NCBI GenBank assembly: GCA_038143065.1
Contig: JAYQLI010000035.1
Location: forward strand, 2,752,894-2,816,893
Source of the DNA: Rhodospirillales bacterium
GTDB taxonomy: Bacteria > Pseudomonadota > Alphaproteobacteria > Bin95
Length of the DNA stretch: 64,000 nt
Direction of reading: 5' to 3'
Shown: positions 1 through 11,863 of the stretch, in pieces
Numbering within the stretch: position 1 is the stretch's first letter
Layout: the number at the start of each line of letters is the position of its first letter
The notes under the pieces: model-generated
Told to the model about the DNA's origin: nothing
The model's input: only the letters and a program-made list of their open reading frames with translations
The model's database searches: none
Made by a program: the position numbers and the translations under genes

Positions 1-1601
1 ATCTTGCTGTCGAACGAATGCTAAGGGAACTCGACAACCTTCTTCAGGCCCCCGGTTTAGAGCCTTCGGGTGAGCATCGTGAGATTTTAGAAGCTTTTCG
101 ACTTGCTGCAAGTGATGATGCTTGGATTAGGCGTATTAGAAATGGTGTTGAGCAAGGAATGACAGCTGAGGTTGCAGCTCGACGAGTTCAAACTGAGGCT
201 CGTGTCAGAATCCGTCGTGCGCCATCTGCTTACCTTCGAGAAAGGCTTGCTGATCTGGATGACCTTGCTGGCCGTTTGGTGCGTGTATTGGCTTCAGAGG
301 CCGAGAATTTTGGTGTCGCTGAATTGCCTGAACGGTCAATTGTTTTTGCTCATTCGATGGGCCCTGCAGAACTTTTGGAACTCGATCGATCACGTATTGT
401 TGGCTTAGTTCTTGAGGAAGGATCTTCAGCCTCCCATGTCGCTGTAGTTGCAAGAGCATTGGGTGTGCCCGCAATTTCAGGAATACCTGGCGCTTTGGCT
501 ACAGTGCAGCCAGGGGATGAGATAATTCTTGATGCAGATCACGGGCAAGCGCTTCTGCGTCCATCCTCTCAAATTCTCTCTAGTTTTCAGGCTTCTGTAG
601 CTGCCAGGTCAGCTCGCAGGGCGCGTTATGCAAACTCTACTCGTGGTCCTGCAAGGACCAGAGATAAGCAAACAATATCGATCATGGCTAATGCTGGACT
701 TCTAATGGATGTGGAAACAGCTTTTAGTGAAGGAGCCGAGGGTATTGGCTTATTTCGAACGGAATTATCTTTTCTTGGCCGGTCAGGACTTCCAAGCATT
801 GAAGAACAAATCGCTCATTATTCAGAGGTTCGAAAAATATCTGGTGATCGCCCTGTATTTTTTAGAACATTTGATCATGGTGGCGATAAAACACCGTCAA
901 CTTTAGTTCGGAGCAGGGAGGCTAACCCAGCCCTAGGTTGGCGCGCTATACGTATAGCGCTGGACTTACCAGAAACACTGCAAGAACAGTTGTATTCTCT
1001 TGCTGTAGCTTCCGCTGGCGAGGAGCTCTGCATAATGTTTCCTATGGTCGCAGAGGTGGCTGAAATTAGAGAAGCCCGATCAATTCTTGCGGTAGCTCTT
1101 GAGCAGGCTGCCATTGACGGAAGGGCTCCAAGTCATGTTCGTGTGGGTGTCGCTATTGAAACACCATCTTTAGTCTGGCAGGCCGAAACGGCGCTCAAAC
1201 GAATAGATTTTGCGACTATTGGAACGAACGATTTATTGCAATTTACCTTTGCGGCAGACCGTGATGGAGTTCGGATGACCGAGCGATACGATTCATTGTC
1301 GCCACCAGCGCTCTCAATGTTGCGGCATATTGTTGGCCAAGCGCAAATAGCTGAGACATCACTTTCAGTATGTGGGGAGATGGCCTCTGACCCTTTAGGA
1401 GTAATAGCACTTGTAGGTCTTGGAGTGCGAAGTCTATCGGTTGCACCTACTTCAATTAATTTAATAAAAGAGGTGGTTAGAAACCTCGATGCGACGAGCG
1501 CCGAAAAACTAGTTTTGGACTTGATTGATTCAGAGGAACATAGTTTGCGTAGTCAATTTCATGAATATGCTTTATCGGAAGGAATCCCTCTAGAACCTTG
1601 A
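1..1601 (+). CDS. ptsP: Phosphoenolpyruvate-protein phosphotransferase, enzyme I(Ntr); 5' end outside window
   Basis: Phospho-His motif GSSASHVAVVARALGVP, GIGLFRTE, EANPALGWRAIR, IGTNDL, VCGEMA; upstream of rodZ-ispG as in Alphaproteobacteria. Confidence 0.9.
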   Translation, partial: LAVERMLRELDNLLQAPGLEPSGEHREILEAFRLAASDDAWIRRIRNGVEQGMTAEVAARRVQTEARVRIRRAPSAYLRERLADLDDLAGRLVRVLASEAENFGVAELPERSIVFAHSMGPAELLELDRSRIVGLVLEEGSSASHVAVVARALGVPAISGIPGALATVQPGDEIILDADHGQALLRPSSQILSSFQASVAARSARRARYANSTRGPARTRDKQTISIMANAGLLMDVETAFSEGAEGIGLFRTELSFLGRSGLPSIEEQIAHYSEVRKISGDRPVFFRTFDHGGDKTPSTLVRSREANPALGWRAIRIALDLPETLQEQLYSLAVASAGEELCIMFPMVAEVAEIREARSILAVALEQAAIDGRAPSHVRVGVAIETPSLVWQAETALKRIDFATIGTNDLLQFTFAADRDGVRMTERYDSLSPPALSMLRHIVGQAQIAETSLSVCGEMASDPLGVIALVGLGVRSLSVAPTSINLIKEVVRNLDATSAEKLVLDLIDSEEHSLRSQFHEYALSEGIPLEP

Positions 1602-1707
1602 ATTTAAATCGTTGCCGTTGGCTGTAGCAGCGGTTATGAGTATCTTGGAAAAGGATTCATTTAGATTCACATATCGATCATAGAGTACGGTAGGTGGTCT
1701 ATCGAAA

Positions 1708-2881
1708 TTGGAAACGGGCATTCCTTCGGTGGGTAACAAAGGCAATCTAAAGCTTTGGGTGGTGGCAGGAGCTACCCAAAATGCGACACCAAAATTGGTG
1801 CCGGAAGATGGAGAGTCTGTTGGTCTTTTCCTGAGGAGCCTGCGCGAGCAAAAAGGCATTACAGTTGATGAAGTTGCTAGGCAAATTCGAATACGTAACG
1901 TTTATATTTCTGCGATTGAGGATGACAGGTACGAGGCTTTGCCTGGCAGAGCATACGCATTAGGGTTTGTCCGAACTTATGCTGAATATTTAGGGGCAGA
2001 TTCTGCAGAGGTTTCCCGACGTGCCATGAAAGGCATTAACACGCTTCCAAAGGCATCGCTTAAAACAAAAGTCCCTGAGGTTGAGCGAGAGCCTAGGACC
2101 GCAGTAGCAGCGGCAGCAGGGGTATTGTATTGCCTTGGCTGGATATGTCTACTGGTATTTCGATAATAACAAATCACGATTTGAAAATGCAGCTGAAACG
2201 CTAGCAAAGGTCGAGAGCCCCTCATTTTTGGATGGACCTGAACCAGTCCGCTTAACCTCAGATCCATACCGTCCTTTCCCTGAGATTCAGCCGCCGTCTA
2301 GTCCTAAAATTATGGCGCTTCAGCTTCCATCAGACGTTAACGTACCTGTAGCCAGGCCACTGCCGCCCTCAAGACAAGGCTCGAGGAGCTCAGTTGATAA
2401 TCAAATTATTCGACCATCTGATCTTCCAGCTCAGGGCAGCTTGGCTGAGGAACTTCCAGAACCGCGTTTGGTTGCTGCTCAGTTCGATGACAATTGGTCA
2501 ATACCTGCGCCAGGCCCTGCAATGGCTGCGATAGGCCCTAGTTATACCACTGTAGCTCCTTCCGCTCACACAACCCCTTCTTTGCCTAATAATGCCATTT
2601 CCTCTCCAGATCCCGCCTCTGGTATGGTGCAGCTCGTGGCCGCCTTTGATACCTGGATCGAAATTCGTTCAGTTAAGACTGATAAAGTTCTTTTTTCGCG
2701 AGTGCTTCGTAAGGGAGAAGTCTATCGAGTTCCAGATCGAACTGGGTTGACGCTTACCACAGGGAATGCTGCAGGACTTGAAGTGCACATTGATGAGCTA
2801 TTAGCTCCTCCGATCGGAAAGTATGGGGAGGTTGTGCGTGATTTGCATTTGGATGCGAAGGAACTTCTTGCTAGCCGTTAG
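1708..2881 (+). CDS. rodZ: RodZ-like cytoskeleton protein (HTH, TM segment, Pro-rich linker, DUF4115 C-terminus); frameshift near 2130, start uncertain
   Basis: ORF 1708-2166 has HTH motif IEDDRYEALPGRAYALGFVRTYAEYLG; ORF 2135-2881 has WIEIR...LTTGNAAGLEV...IGKYGEV; upstream of ispG. Confidence 0.8.
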
Positions 2882-2958
2882 CCTCTTCTGAGCAATCGAG
2901 GAATTAACGAACAGGCAATATTCAATATTAAAATGTCAATTACCTGGGTGTGTCTAAA

Positions 2959-4087
2959 ATGAGCATTCGGCCTTATCGCCATATTGAAACACGCAAGTCT
3001 CGGCAGATTATGGTTGGGAACGTAGCTGTTGGCGGAGATGCGCCGATAACCGTTCAAACAATGACTAACTCTCTAACGAGTGATGCTGGTGCTACAATTG
3101 ATCAGATTAGAATAGCAGAGGAAGCAGGTGTTGATATCGTTCGCGTTTCTTGCCCGGATGAAGCCTCAACTGCTGCTTTAAAAAGAAATTGTTCGCGCCG
3201 CAAATGTTCCAATTGTTGCTGATATCCACTTTCTCTATCGTCGCGCTATCGAAGCAGCAAAATCTGGGGCGGCATGCCTGCGCTTAAATCCTGGTAACAT
3301 TGGCTCTGCTGAACGAGTTAAGGAAGTCGTTCAGGCTGCAAAAGATCATGGTTGTGCTATCCGTATCGGAGTAAATGCAGGAAGTTTAGAGAAGCATCTT
3401 CTGGAAAAATATGGAGAGCCTTGTCCAGAGGCGCTTGTTGAAAGTGCTCTAGACCATGCTCGAATATTAGAAGATCACGACTTCACAGAGTTCAAAATAA
3501 GCGTAAAGGCATCTGACGTTTTCCTTGCTGTTGCCGCCTACCAAGGTCTCGCAGACGCGTGTGATTATCCGCTACACCTTGGCATCACTGAGGCTGGTGG
3601 ACTTCGCGGAGGGACGGTAAAGAGTTCGGTCGGCATTGGGTCTTTGCTTTGGGCTGGTATTGGCGACACGCTCCGTGTTTCCCTTTCAGCCGACCCAGCT
3701 GAGGAGGTTAAGGTTGGCTTTGACATATTAAAGTCACTTGGCCTTCGTCATCGGGGTATCAACGTTATTTCTTGTCCATCTTGTGCTCGCCAACAATTCG
3801 ACGTGATAAATACTGTGGCGCTCTTGGAAAAACGACTAGCTCACATATCCACACCAATGACAGTCTCTGTGATTGGTTGCGTTGTTAATGGACCAGGAGA
3901 AGCTCGGGAAACTGACATTGGTGTTACTGGTGGTGGGAAGGGTACCCATATGGTCTATGTGAGTGGTTTGCCCGATCATCGAATTACTGATGTTGATCTC
4001 GTGGACCACCTGGTTGCCCAGATTGAGTCAAAAGCTGCTGAGATCGAAAATGAACGTTTAGAAGCTGCCTCTGCAGAGTTGCAATAG
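2959..4087 (+). CDS. ispG: (E)-4-hydroxy-3-methylbut-2-enyl-diphosphate synthase; extra A in the run near 3180-3184
   Basis: [19 protein letters not shown] and RLNPGNIG in the shifted frame, [17 protein letters not shown] and GCVVNGPGE Fe-S motifs. Confidence 0.95.
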
Positions 4088-4103
4088 TAGAGAGTTATTA
4101 TTG

Positions 4104-5349
4104 ATGTCAGTGCGCCCAGTCCGCGGGACGGTTGATCTTTTTCCAGATGATATTCGTCGTCATCGTCGCGTAATAGAAACTGCTCGAGATCTTGCCGAAC
4201 TTTATGGGTTTGGAGAAATACAGACCCCTATTTTTGAATTTACGGAGGTGTTTGCGCGCACTCTTGGGGACGTTTCTGATGTAGTGACAAAAGAAATGTA
4301 CACATTTGAGGACCGTGGCGGAGAGAAAATTACCTTGCGCCCAGAGAACACTGCTGGTGTTGCAAGGGCTTATATTTCTGGGAAACTCCAAAACGAACTT
4401 CCGCTAAAATATTTCTATGCGGGACCCATGTTTCGATATGAGCGACCGCAAGAAAGGTCGTCAGCGTCAGTTTCATCAAATTGGTGTTGAATTGTTTGGC
4501 GTTCCATTCCCGTCAGGGGACGTCGAGGTAATAGCTCTTGCTGCCCAATTGTTAGATAAACTGGGAATGCGTGATCACTGCGTGCTAAACCTCAATACTT
4601 TGGGCGATACAGAAAGCCGTGAAACTTACCGTGCCGCATTAGTTGAATATTTTTCTTCACATAAGGCCAGGTTATCTTCCGACAGTCTCGCCCGTCTTGA
4701 TAAAAACCCGTTGCGTATCCTTGATTCCAAGGATGAGAGTGACAAAAAAGTGGTTGAAGGAGCCCCCTCTTTCAATGAATTTCTTACAACTACTGCTTCG
4801 GACTTCTTCGCTGAAGTGCGTCAGGGCTCGATGAGTTAAATATTTCTTATGTTCTGAACCCACGCCTCGTAAGGGGGCTTGATTATTACTGCCATACAGC
4901 TTTTGAGTTTGTAACAGATGCATTAGGTGCTCAAGGGACTGTCATAGGTGGGGGCGCTACGATGGCCTCATTGGTATAATGGGGGAGCTAGCACACCTGG
5001 AGTGGGTTGGGCTGGTGGTATAGAACGGCTCGCAATGCTTGCTGATCAGACATTGCCTGAAATAACCACTTCTAAACCTATTTCGCTAATTCCAATTGGC
5101 GTTGCTGCAGAGCAAAAATTAAAGCAACTTGCCTATGATCTCAGGGGGAATGGTCAACATGTCGATATTTCTTTCTCTGGAAATCTCAAAAGGCGCATGC
5201 AGAGGGCTGGCAAGCTTGGTGCCCGGTTTGCATTAATTGTTGGTGAGGACGAGTTGCACGCTAACAAAGCTACACTCAGAGATATGGAGAGTGGCTCGCA
5301 GGAAGAGATAAGACTGCAAGATGTAGTTAAGCGGTTATCTGATCTATGA
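4104..5349 (+). CDS. hisS: Histidyl-tRNA synthetase; indels near 4452, 4830 and 4950-4980
   Basis: [55 protein letters not shown] in the shifted frame, GIERL, anticodon-binding C-terminus. Confidence 0.95.
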
Positions 5350-6419
5350 GCTTTGATGAAAAACTTGCACAGGTTTTAAGTCGTGTTGAAGAATTATCAG
5401 CACGCATGTCAGGCGAAGAGCTATCGGCAGAAGAGCTGGTGAAACTTTCTAAGGAGTATAGTGAACTTGACCCTATTGCCGCTGCCATCCGAAACCTTCA
5501 AGCTCTGCGTGATGAATTTAGTGATCTAGAAGAAATTCTGAATGACCCTGAGTCCGATGCCGAGATGCGCCAACTTGCAGAGCTTGAGAAGCTAGACTTA
5601 GGTCAAAAAATTGAAACCGCAGAGCGTGATGTAATGATTGCTCTGCTGCCAAAAGATGCGGACGATGAGCGCAACGCAATCTTAGAAGTGCGGCCAGGAA
5701 CAGGAGGCGACGAGGCTGCCTTATTCGCAGCAGATTTGTTTAGGATGTATCAGAGATATGCTGAGTCACAAGGTTGGAAGTTTGAACCTTTATCTATCAG
5801 CGAAACAGAACTTGGCGGTCTAAAAGAAGCTGTTGCAGAAATCGGTGGTCGTGGTGTCTTCGCAAAGATGAAGTTTGAATCAGGAGGCCATAGAGTGCAG
5901 CGTGTTCCAACAACGGAGCAAGGTGGGCGCATCCATACCTCTGCAGCAACCGTGGCTGTATTGCCCGAGGTTCAGGAAGTCGATGTTTTAATAGACGAAA
6001 AAGATCTCAGGATTGACACGTTCCGATCTCAGGGTGCTGGTGGACAGCACGTCAATACAACTGACTCTGCCGTCCGGATTACACATATTCCGACTGGTAT
6101 TGTCGTCAACCAGCAAGATGAGAAGTCGCAACATAAAAATCGCGCCAAGGCAATGACTATCTTACGTGCTAGAATTTATGAGGCTGAGCGTGAGCGTCGA
6201 GATGCCGAGCGAGCAGCAGAGCGGCGAACGCAGGTAGGGTCTGGTGATAGATCTGAGCGAATTAGGACTTATAATTTCCCTCAGGGCAGGGTTACAGATC
6301 ACCGTATTAATCTAACTCTTTACAAAATCGACCAAGTTGTAGCTGGAACAGGTTTAGCTGAGTTTATAGATGCATTAGTCGCTGAAGATCAGGCTTCACG
6401 ACTGGCTAATATGGAATGA
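5346..6419 (+). CDS. prfA: Peptide chain release factor 1
   Basis: GGQ motif (GAGGQHVN), HRVQRVPTT (PxT), [17 protein letters not shown]. Confidence 0.97.
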   Translation: MSFDEKLAQVLSRVEELSARMSGEELSAEELVKLSKEYSELDPIAAAIRNLQALRDEFSDLEEILNDPESDAEMRQLAELEKLDLGQKIETAERDVMIALLPKDADDERNAILEVRPGTGGDEAALFAADLFRMYQRYAESQGWKFEPLSISETELGGLKEAVAEIGGRGVFAKMKFESGGHRVQRVPTTEQGGRIHTSAATVAVLPEVQEVDVLIDEKDLRIDTFRSQGAGGQHVNTTDSAVRITHIPTGIVVNQQDEKSQHKNRAKAMTILRARIYEAERERRDAERAAERRTQVGSGDRSERIRTYNFPQGRVTDHRINLTLYKIDQVVAGTGLAEFIDALVAEDQASRLANME

Positions 6420-7270
6420 CGGCTGATGAGTGGATTAAGGCGGCTTCCTATCGATTGACGGGACTGGAGCGGCCCCGTGCTGAAGCCAGGAATTTACTTG
6501 CTTTGGCATTGCAGGTTTCACCGGAATACTTGTTTTCTTACCCAGAAACTGAAATGTCAGCTGAGAATATTTCAACTGCTGAATTATTCATTGAACGTCG
6601 TATTGTAGGTGAACCTCTTTCAAGAATTTCCGGTTTTCGTGAGTTTTGGAGCCTAAAGTTTTGCATCGGCGATGAGGTTTTAGATCCTCGGCCTGACACC
6701 GAGATTTTAGTTGAAGCCGGCTTAGAGGCTATCAAGCAACGGGAAATTCCTTACATTTTGGACTTGGGAACTGGCTCAGGTTGTATTCTGTTGGCTTTGC
6801 TATCCGAAATTCGAGACGCATTCGGTATAGGGATTGATCGGGCCAAGGGCGCTTGCAGATTTGCAAAGAGGAACAGTCAAAGGCTTGGGCTTTCTAATCG
6901 TTCTGCATTTCTATGCGCAGATTGGGGAAGGGCCCTCAAAGCCGTAACTTCGCAATTTCAGGGGTTTGATCTGATTGTCACAAATCCCCCATATATAGGA
7001 ACGGTTCAAGGTCCGCGGCCAGACACGGCCACTGAAAGTTTTGACCCACCCTCGGCCCTTTATGCTGGCATTGATGGTCTTAGTGCTTACACAGAATTAA
7101 GTCACCAAATCCCCAAGCTTATGGCGGCCAATGGTACCGTCGTGATTGAAATAGGTGAGGGACAAGCTGCATCAGTGAATAAGATATTCACTGATGCTGG
7201 CTTGAGGATGAAAGGTGAATTCTATGCTCTTGGGGGGCATTTGCGCTGCCTAACCTTCAAAGTTGCTTAA
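6416..7270 (+). CDS. prmC: Release factor glutamine methyltransferase
   Basis: [19 protein letters not shown]; overlaps prfA stop. Confidence 0.95.
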   Translation: MTADEWIKAASYRLTGLERPRAEARNLLALALQVSPEYLFSYPETEMSAENISTAELFIERRIVGEPLSRISGFREFWSLKFCIGDEVLDPRPDTEILVEAGLEAIKQREIPYILDLGTGSGCILLALLSEIRDAFGIGIDRAKGACRFAKRNSQRLGLSNRSAFLCADWGRALKAVTSQFQGFDLIVTNPPYIGTVQGPRPDTATESFDPPSALYAGIDGLSAYTELSHQIPKLMAANGTVVIEIGEGQAASVNKIFTDAGLRMKGEFYALGGHLRCLTFKVA

Positions 7271-7473
7271 AATTACGCAGATTTTTCAATAAAGATGTTG
7301 GCATTTCATATAAATTAGGTATACGTACTATTGCGCTTAAGTGGAGTTTGCTCCTAAGGCGTGCCATTTTCACAGACACAGCATAAGACCACCTTCAAAT
7401 TGATGGTGTCGTGAAGTTGTAGTTTGGGTTGTAAATATGGCCACCCCCGCAACTTAGAGCGGATATTCAGACT

Positions 7474-8184
7474 ATGAATCAAAGACGGCCGCGTGGTCGA
7501 AATAACAACAATAATCGTGGTAGGCACCAAAATCCACGGAATCAGACCTTTGACAGTAATGGTCCGGGAGGCCGGGTGCGTGGGTCTGCTTCGCAAGTGT
7601 TGGACCGTTATCTGGCGCAAGCGCGTGACGCTCAGGCAGCTGGAGACTCCATCCTTGCAGAAAACCTGTTCCAGCATGCAGAGCACTATTATCGAGTGCT
7701 AAGTGCAGCAAATGCTGCCATGGAACAGCAGCAACGAGAACGTCACGGCTCTTACGAGGACCGACGCTCCTATCGCCCTGAAAACACAGATGCTGAGCAT
7801 AATGCTCGATCCGAAGATCAGAGCGATCGCGATGACCGGCAGGACCGTTCTGAGCGCTCTGATCTGCGTGAGGATCGCGATTCTGATAATTATGTTGCGA
7901 CGGAGGATGCAGAGCCGCGCAATCCTCGTAGAGTATCAGGCCGCGTAAGGTCTGCAGAAGCAGAAATGGGTGAAAGCGATAGCGATCAGGCCGTTATAGA
8001 AAATGACACCCCCCAACCGCGCCGCCGAACTGCTCGTACTTCGAAGCCGGTAGAGGAGCCCAGGCTTGAATTAGAAGGTGAAAATACAGAGGAGCTCGAC
8101 GTTGCATTCTTAAAGGCGGAGCCTAAGCCTCGGCGCCGGCGTCGTACTTCTGCAGAGACAGAACCAGCTGAAACATCAGATTGA
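7474..8184 (+). CDS. DUF4167-family protein with disordered charged tail
   Basis: FDSNGP..RVRG..Q..DRYLAQARDA..GD...AEN..QHAEHYYR; usual position after prmC in Alphaproteobacteria. Confidence 0.85.
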   Translation: MNQRRPRGRNNNNNRGRHQNPRNQTFDSNGPGGRVRGSASQVLDRYLAQARDAQAAGDSILAENLFQHAEHYYRVLSAANAAMEQQQRERHGSYEDRRSYRPENTDAEHNARSEDQSDRDDRQDRSERSDLREDRDSDNYVATEDAEPRNPRRVSGRVRSAEAEMGESDSDQAVIENDTPQPRRRTARTSKPVEEPRLELEGENTEELDVAFLKAEPKPRRRRRTSAETEPAETSD

Positions 8185-9029
8185 TTGCAGTGTCGACTAA
8201 AATACTAACTTCCCAGCAGTCGCAGAGTTATAAAAACGACGGTTTTGTATCACCAATACAGGTGCTTTCAGCGGAGGAAGCGCTTAGGTATCGTAAGCGA
8301 TTTGAGGTTTATGAGCATGAGCATGGTGGGTGGTATGAGCTATCAAAAGGTCAGAAATTATATTTGATACAAACATGGGCGGCCGAACTCGCTTCTCATC
8401 CTAAAGTCCTCGATGGTGTCGAAGATGTATTGGGTTCTGATTTGTTGGTTTGGGGATTGAGTCTTTTCGTTAAAGAAGCCGGGGCGCCAGGCTTTGTCTC
8501 ATGGCATCAAGATTCCACCTATTGGGGACTATCTAAACCCAAAGTGGTCACGGCATGGATAGCGCTTTCACCAGCAACTATTGAGTCGGGATGTATGAAA
8601 ATGCTTCCCGGCTCTCACTCGATGGACCAAAGACCTCACAAAGATACGTTGGCTTCTGATAACCTTCTTACGCGAGGCCAAGAAATCCAGATGAACATCA
8701 ATGATTCAGATGGCGTGTTCTGTCCTCTTGAAGCTGGCGAAATGTCACTTCATCACGTTCGTACGGTTCATGCGTCTGAACCTAATAATGGTTCAGATCG
8801 ACGTATTGGTGTTGCCATTCGATATATTACTCCCGATGTCGCACAAGTTAATGGTGCAAAAGATAGTGCATGGCTTGTTCGGGGAGAGGACCGATTTAAC
8901 AATTTTATTCTCGAGAGTCCGCCTAAGTCAGATATGGACGAAGCGGCTCTAGCCGAGCGGGAACGGATTATGAGTCTTCGGCAAGATGTCCTCTATAAAG
9001 GCGTCGAGGGGACCCCTGCAAAACTCTAA
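8181..9029 (+). CDS. Phytanoyl-CoA dioxygenase (PhyH) family Fe/2OG enzyme
   Basis: WHQD (HxD), VTAWIAL, GCMKMLPGSH, HAS..N..DRRIG. Confidence 0.88.
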   Translation: MIAVSTKILTSQQSQSYKNDGFVSPIQVLSAEEALRYRKRFEVYEHEHGGWYELSKGQKLYLIQTWAAELASHPKVLDGVEDVLGSDLLVWGLSLFVKEAGAPGFVSWHQDSTYWGLSKPKVVTAWIALSPATIESGCMKMLPGSHSMDQRPHKDTLASDNLLTRGQEIQMNINDSDGVFCPLEAGEMSLHHVRTVHASEPNNGSDRRIGVAIRYITPDVAQVNGAKDSAWLVRGEDRFNNFILESPPKSDMDEAALAERERIMSLRQDVLYKGVEGTPAKL

Positions 9030-9121
9030 AGGTAAAATTCTAGTGGATTGGGTTTAGCGATAGCAGTACTTCAAAATATTTGAATGTTTAATTTCTATAA
9101 TCTCTAATAATTATTCAGCAC

Positions 9122-9149
9122 AAAGTGCCCGCACCCTAGGGGCGCAGGC
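9122..9149 (-). terminator. Probable intrinsic terminator downstream of rpsU
   Basis: Minus-strand stem GCCTGCGCCC-cta-GGGTGCGGGC followed by a short T tract. Confidence 0.5.
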
Positions 9150-9181
9150 TTAATATTGACGAAATACAAAAAGTTTGTGGC

Positions 9182-9385
9182 TTAGTAGCCTTCGCGCTCA
9201 AGGCGCTTGCGAAGCATTTTTCTATGGCGACGCACGGCCTCTGCCCGCTCACGGGCGCGCTTTTCCGATGGCTTCTCGAATGAGCGGCGAAGCTTCATTT
9301 CGCGGAAGATACCCTCACGTTGCATCTTCTTTTTGAGGGCACGAAGAGCCTGATCTACATTATTATCACGAACACTTACTAGCAA
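9182..9385 (-). CDS. rpsU: 30S ribosomal protein S21 (TTG start)
   Basis: [38 protein letters not shown]. Confidence 0.96.
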   Translation of the reverse strand: MLVSVRDNNVDQALRALKKKMQREGIFREMKLRRSFEKPSEKRARERAEAVRRHRKMLRKRLEREGY

Positions 9386-9537
9386 AATTTTTCCTTTAGT
9401 CGAGCATATGAGCAATCGCGGTTGTAACCACGAAAGCTTTTCATTTCTTTAAACCAAGTACATATAACATTTCAAGCTATTCTTGCACTTAGTTGTTGTG
9501 TGGCGCGTTGTCATAACTGTTAGCGTGAGTTCGGTAT

Positions 9538-10098
9538 ATGTCTATTCTGAAAATTGCTCGTATGGGCCATCCAATTTTATTGGAAAGGTCGAAGACATTA
9601 AATTCAAGTGAAATTGCCAGCAACCTAGAGCTTCAAAAGCTTATTGATGACATGGTTGAAACGCTCAAAGATTCTGGTGGCGTTGGTTTAGCTGGTCCGC
9701 AGGTATATGCAGATCAACGAGTAATATTGGCAATGGCACCGCAATTTAATGATACAAGCCATGGAAATGGTGAATTTACCGTCCTCATAAATCCAGAGTT
9801 GGAATTTAAGGACAAAGAGCAGGAGCTTGGCTGGGAAGGGTGTTTATCGATTCCTGGCCTGCGAGGAGCAGTGCCCCGGGCTCGTAAATTGATTTATAGA
9901 GGATTTGATCGAACTGGGCGAAGTGTAGAAGCTGAAGCTGAGGGTTTTTTTGCTCGTATCTTGCAGCATGAGGTCGATCACTTGGATGGTATTCTTTATC
10001 CTATGCGGATGACAGATTTTCGTCATTTTGGTTTCGATGAAGAGTTGGCGCGAATTGAGCGAGAAGCCGCTTCTGCTACAGAGGAGAGCATTGAATGA
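9538..10098 (+). CDS. def: Peptide deformylase
   Basis: GVGLAGPQ, EGCLS, QHEVDHLDG. Confidence 0.95.
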   Translation: MSILKIARMGHPILLERSKTLNSSEIASNLELQKLIDDMVETLKDSGGVGLAGPQVYADQRVILAMAPQFNDTSHGNGEFTVLINPELEFKDKEQELGWEGCLSIPGLRGAVPRARKLIYRGFDRTGRSVEAEAEGFFARILQHEVDHLDGILYPMRMTDFRHFGFDEELARIEREAASATEESIE

Positions 10099-10757
10099 AC
10101 AAAGCTAATGAAAAATTTAGGCTGGAAATTTTAAATGCAGCTCTCGAACATATTCCATTTGATGGCTGGACCCACCATGCCTTAAAGGCGGGTGCAATCG
10201 ACGCTGGGTATCCAGAAATAGACGCAGAGCGAGCATTCCCGGGAGGACCCGCAGAAGCCGCGGAGTTTCACTCGTTTCTGTCTGATAGGGCTATGGTGTC
10301 GTCGTTTTTTGAATGCGAACCAATGCCATCACGCACCAAAGAAAAGGTGGCAGCACTGATCCGCATACGTCTTGAAGGGGTTGCGGGCCAAAAGGAAGTG
10401 GTCCGTTTAGGATTGGGTTTACTTGCGAGACCTCAACATTGGAACAAGGGCGCACGAGCGCTTGCAAAAACAGCAGATGAAATTTGGAAAGCAGCGGGGG
10501 ATCGCTCGTCGGACTTTAATTGGTATACAAAGCGCGGCTTAGTTGCAGCTGTGTATTTCTCTACAGTTACTTATTGGCTGAACGATGTGTCAGAGGATTA
10601 TCAGGAAACGTGGGCATTTCTTGATCGTCGGTTGGATGATGCCATGCGTATCCCAAGGAAAGCCATGGATGTTCTGGATAAACTTCGCACAAACCTTCCT
10701 CGGTCCGAAGGACTTTTCGCGGCTTTAAAACAGCGCCATATGGCAAGGCGATGGTGA
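10095..10757 (+). CDS. COQ9-family (rpsU-divergently transcribed) protein
   Basis: HIPFDGW, FPGG, DEIWKAAGDRSSDFNWYTKR, ETWAFLDRR; divergent from rpsU. Confidence 0.88.
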   Translation: MNKANEKFRLEILNAALEHIPFDGWTHHALKAGAIDAGYPEIDAERAFPGGPAEAAEFHSFLSDRAMVSSFFECEPMPSRTKEKVAALIRIRLEGVAGQKEVVRLGLGLLARPQHWNKGARALAKTADEIWKAAGDRSSDFNWYTKRGLVAAVYFSTVTYWLNDVSEDYQETWAFLDRRLDDAMRIPRKAMDVLDKLRTNLPRSEGLFAALKQRHMARRW

Positions 10758-10886
10758 TTAGTCAGCCTGCATACTTTTAGTTAAGTGGTAGGCTTTGCTA
10801 ATACGTTTTTGCCCTTACATGCGAAGGTCTAATTTATTTTTCCAGAATTTCTTTCATAGCCCCCTTTTCGGAGTTATCATTTTGAA

Positions 10887-11522
10887 ATGAGAAGGCTGTC
10901 ATCTGCATTAAGGAAAGGGATTGTTCATAAATCATCTGTTGCATTGCTGTTTTTTCTAGCTTCATGTGCGCCAGGGATCCCAGACAACCCTGATAATGCC
11001 TGTGATATATTTAAGGAAAAAAGAAGTTGGTATCTCTCATCATTTGACATTGAGGAAAAGCACGGGCTTCCAATGCAAGTCCAGCTAGCGATCATTCGTC
11101 AGGAGTCTAGCTACGTTCATGATGCAAAGACCCCAAGAAAAACCTTTTTGGGCATACCCCTGTGGTGGCGTCAGTCAACAGCATACGGGTATGTTCAGGC
11201 TCTAGACGGCACTTGGCGTGACTTTCAAAATGCTACGGGTGATAGATCTGCTCGAAGAGACAATTATGACGACTCAGTAAAGTTTCTAGGTTGGTATAAC
11301 AACATATCGTTTAACAGATTAAAAATTCGTAAAAATGATGCGTATAATTTGTACCTTGCGTATCACGAGGGCCACGGTGGCTGGAAGAGAAAAACATATC
11401 TTAAAAAGAAATGGCTAATGAAAGTGGCTAAGAAGGTTCAGAGAAACTCGTTGATATATGGAAAACAACTTAGTCGTTGCAGAAAATCCTTGAAATCATC
11501 TTGGTGGGCTTTCTGGGAGTAG
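10887..11522 (+). CDS. Lipoprotein with lysozyme-like/SLT transglycosylase domain
   Basis: Lipobox LASC; IIRQES catalytic Glu, AYGYVQALDGTW, LYLAYHEGHGG. Confidence 0.8.
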   Translation: MRRLSSALRKGIVHKSSVALLFFLASCAPGIPDNPDNACDIFKEKRSWYLSSFDIEEKHGLPMQVQLAIIRQESSYVHDAKTPRKTFLGIPLWWRQSTAYGYVQALDGTWRDFQNATGDRSARRDNYDDSVKFLGWYNNISFNRLKIRKNDAYNLYLAYHEGHGGWKRKTYLKKKWLMKVAKKVQRNSLIYGKQLSRCRKSLKSSWWAFWE

Positions 11523-11547
11523 TGGTTAATGTCTCCGTGTAAGAGGG

Positions 11548-11766
11548 TTAGTCTATATCGCCTTCTCTTATTAGAGTGATTTCAATCTCTCCATTGCTTC
11601 CTAGCCTGACTAGTTTCCAGCTTTCTACCTCTAATCCGAGTATTTCCTGCGCTTCAAATAGCATTCCAACAATTAAGTCGTCCTTTAAATTTTCGTCATT
11701 ACTCTGTGTTTTAATATCGACTAGGTCTCTGCCATTTCGCGCGGTTAAAACAAATTCATAAGTCAT
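11548..11766 (-). CDS. Small acidic hypothetical protein (72 aa)
   Basis: ATG ORF filling an intergenic gap; no recognisable motif. Confidence 0.45.
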   Translation of the reverse strand: MTYEFVLTARNGRDLVDIKTQSNDENLKDDLIVGMLFEAQEILGLEVESWKLVRLGSNGEIEITLIREGDID

Positions 11767-11863
11767 GTTAGCATTCCAACAGTTGGTACTCTGTTAACTG
11801 GATGCCATTTTATTTTTTTCAATGGGCAGACGTTGTTACTCAGGTTTAGCAAATTTTTCTATG

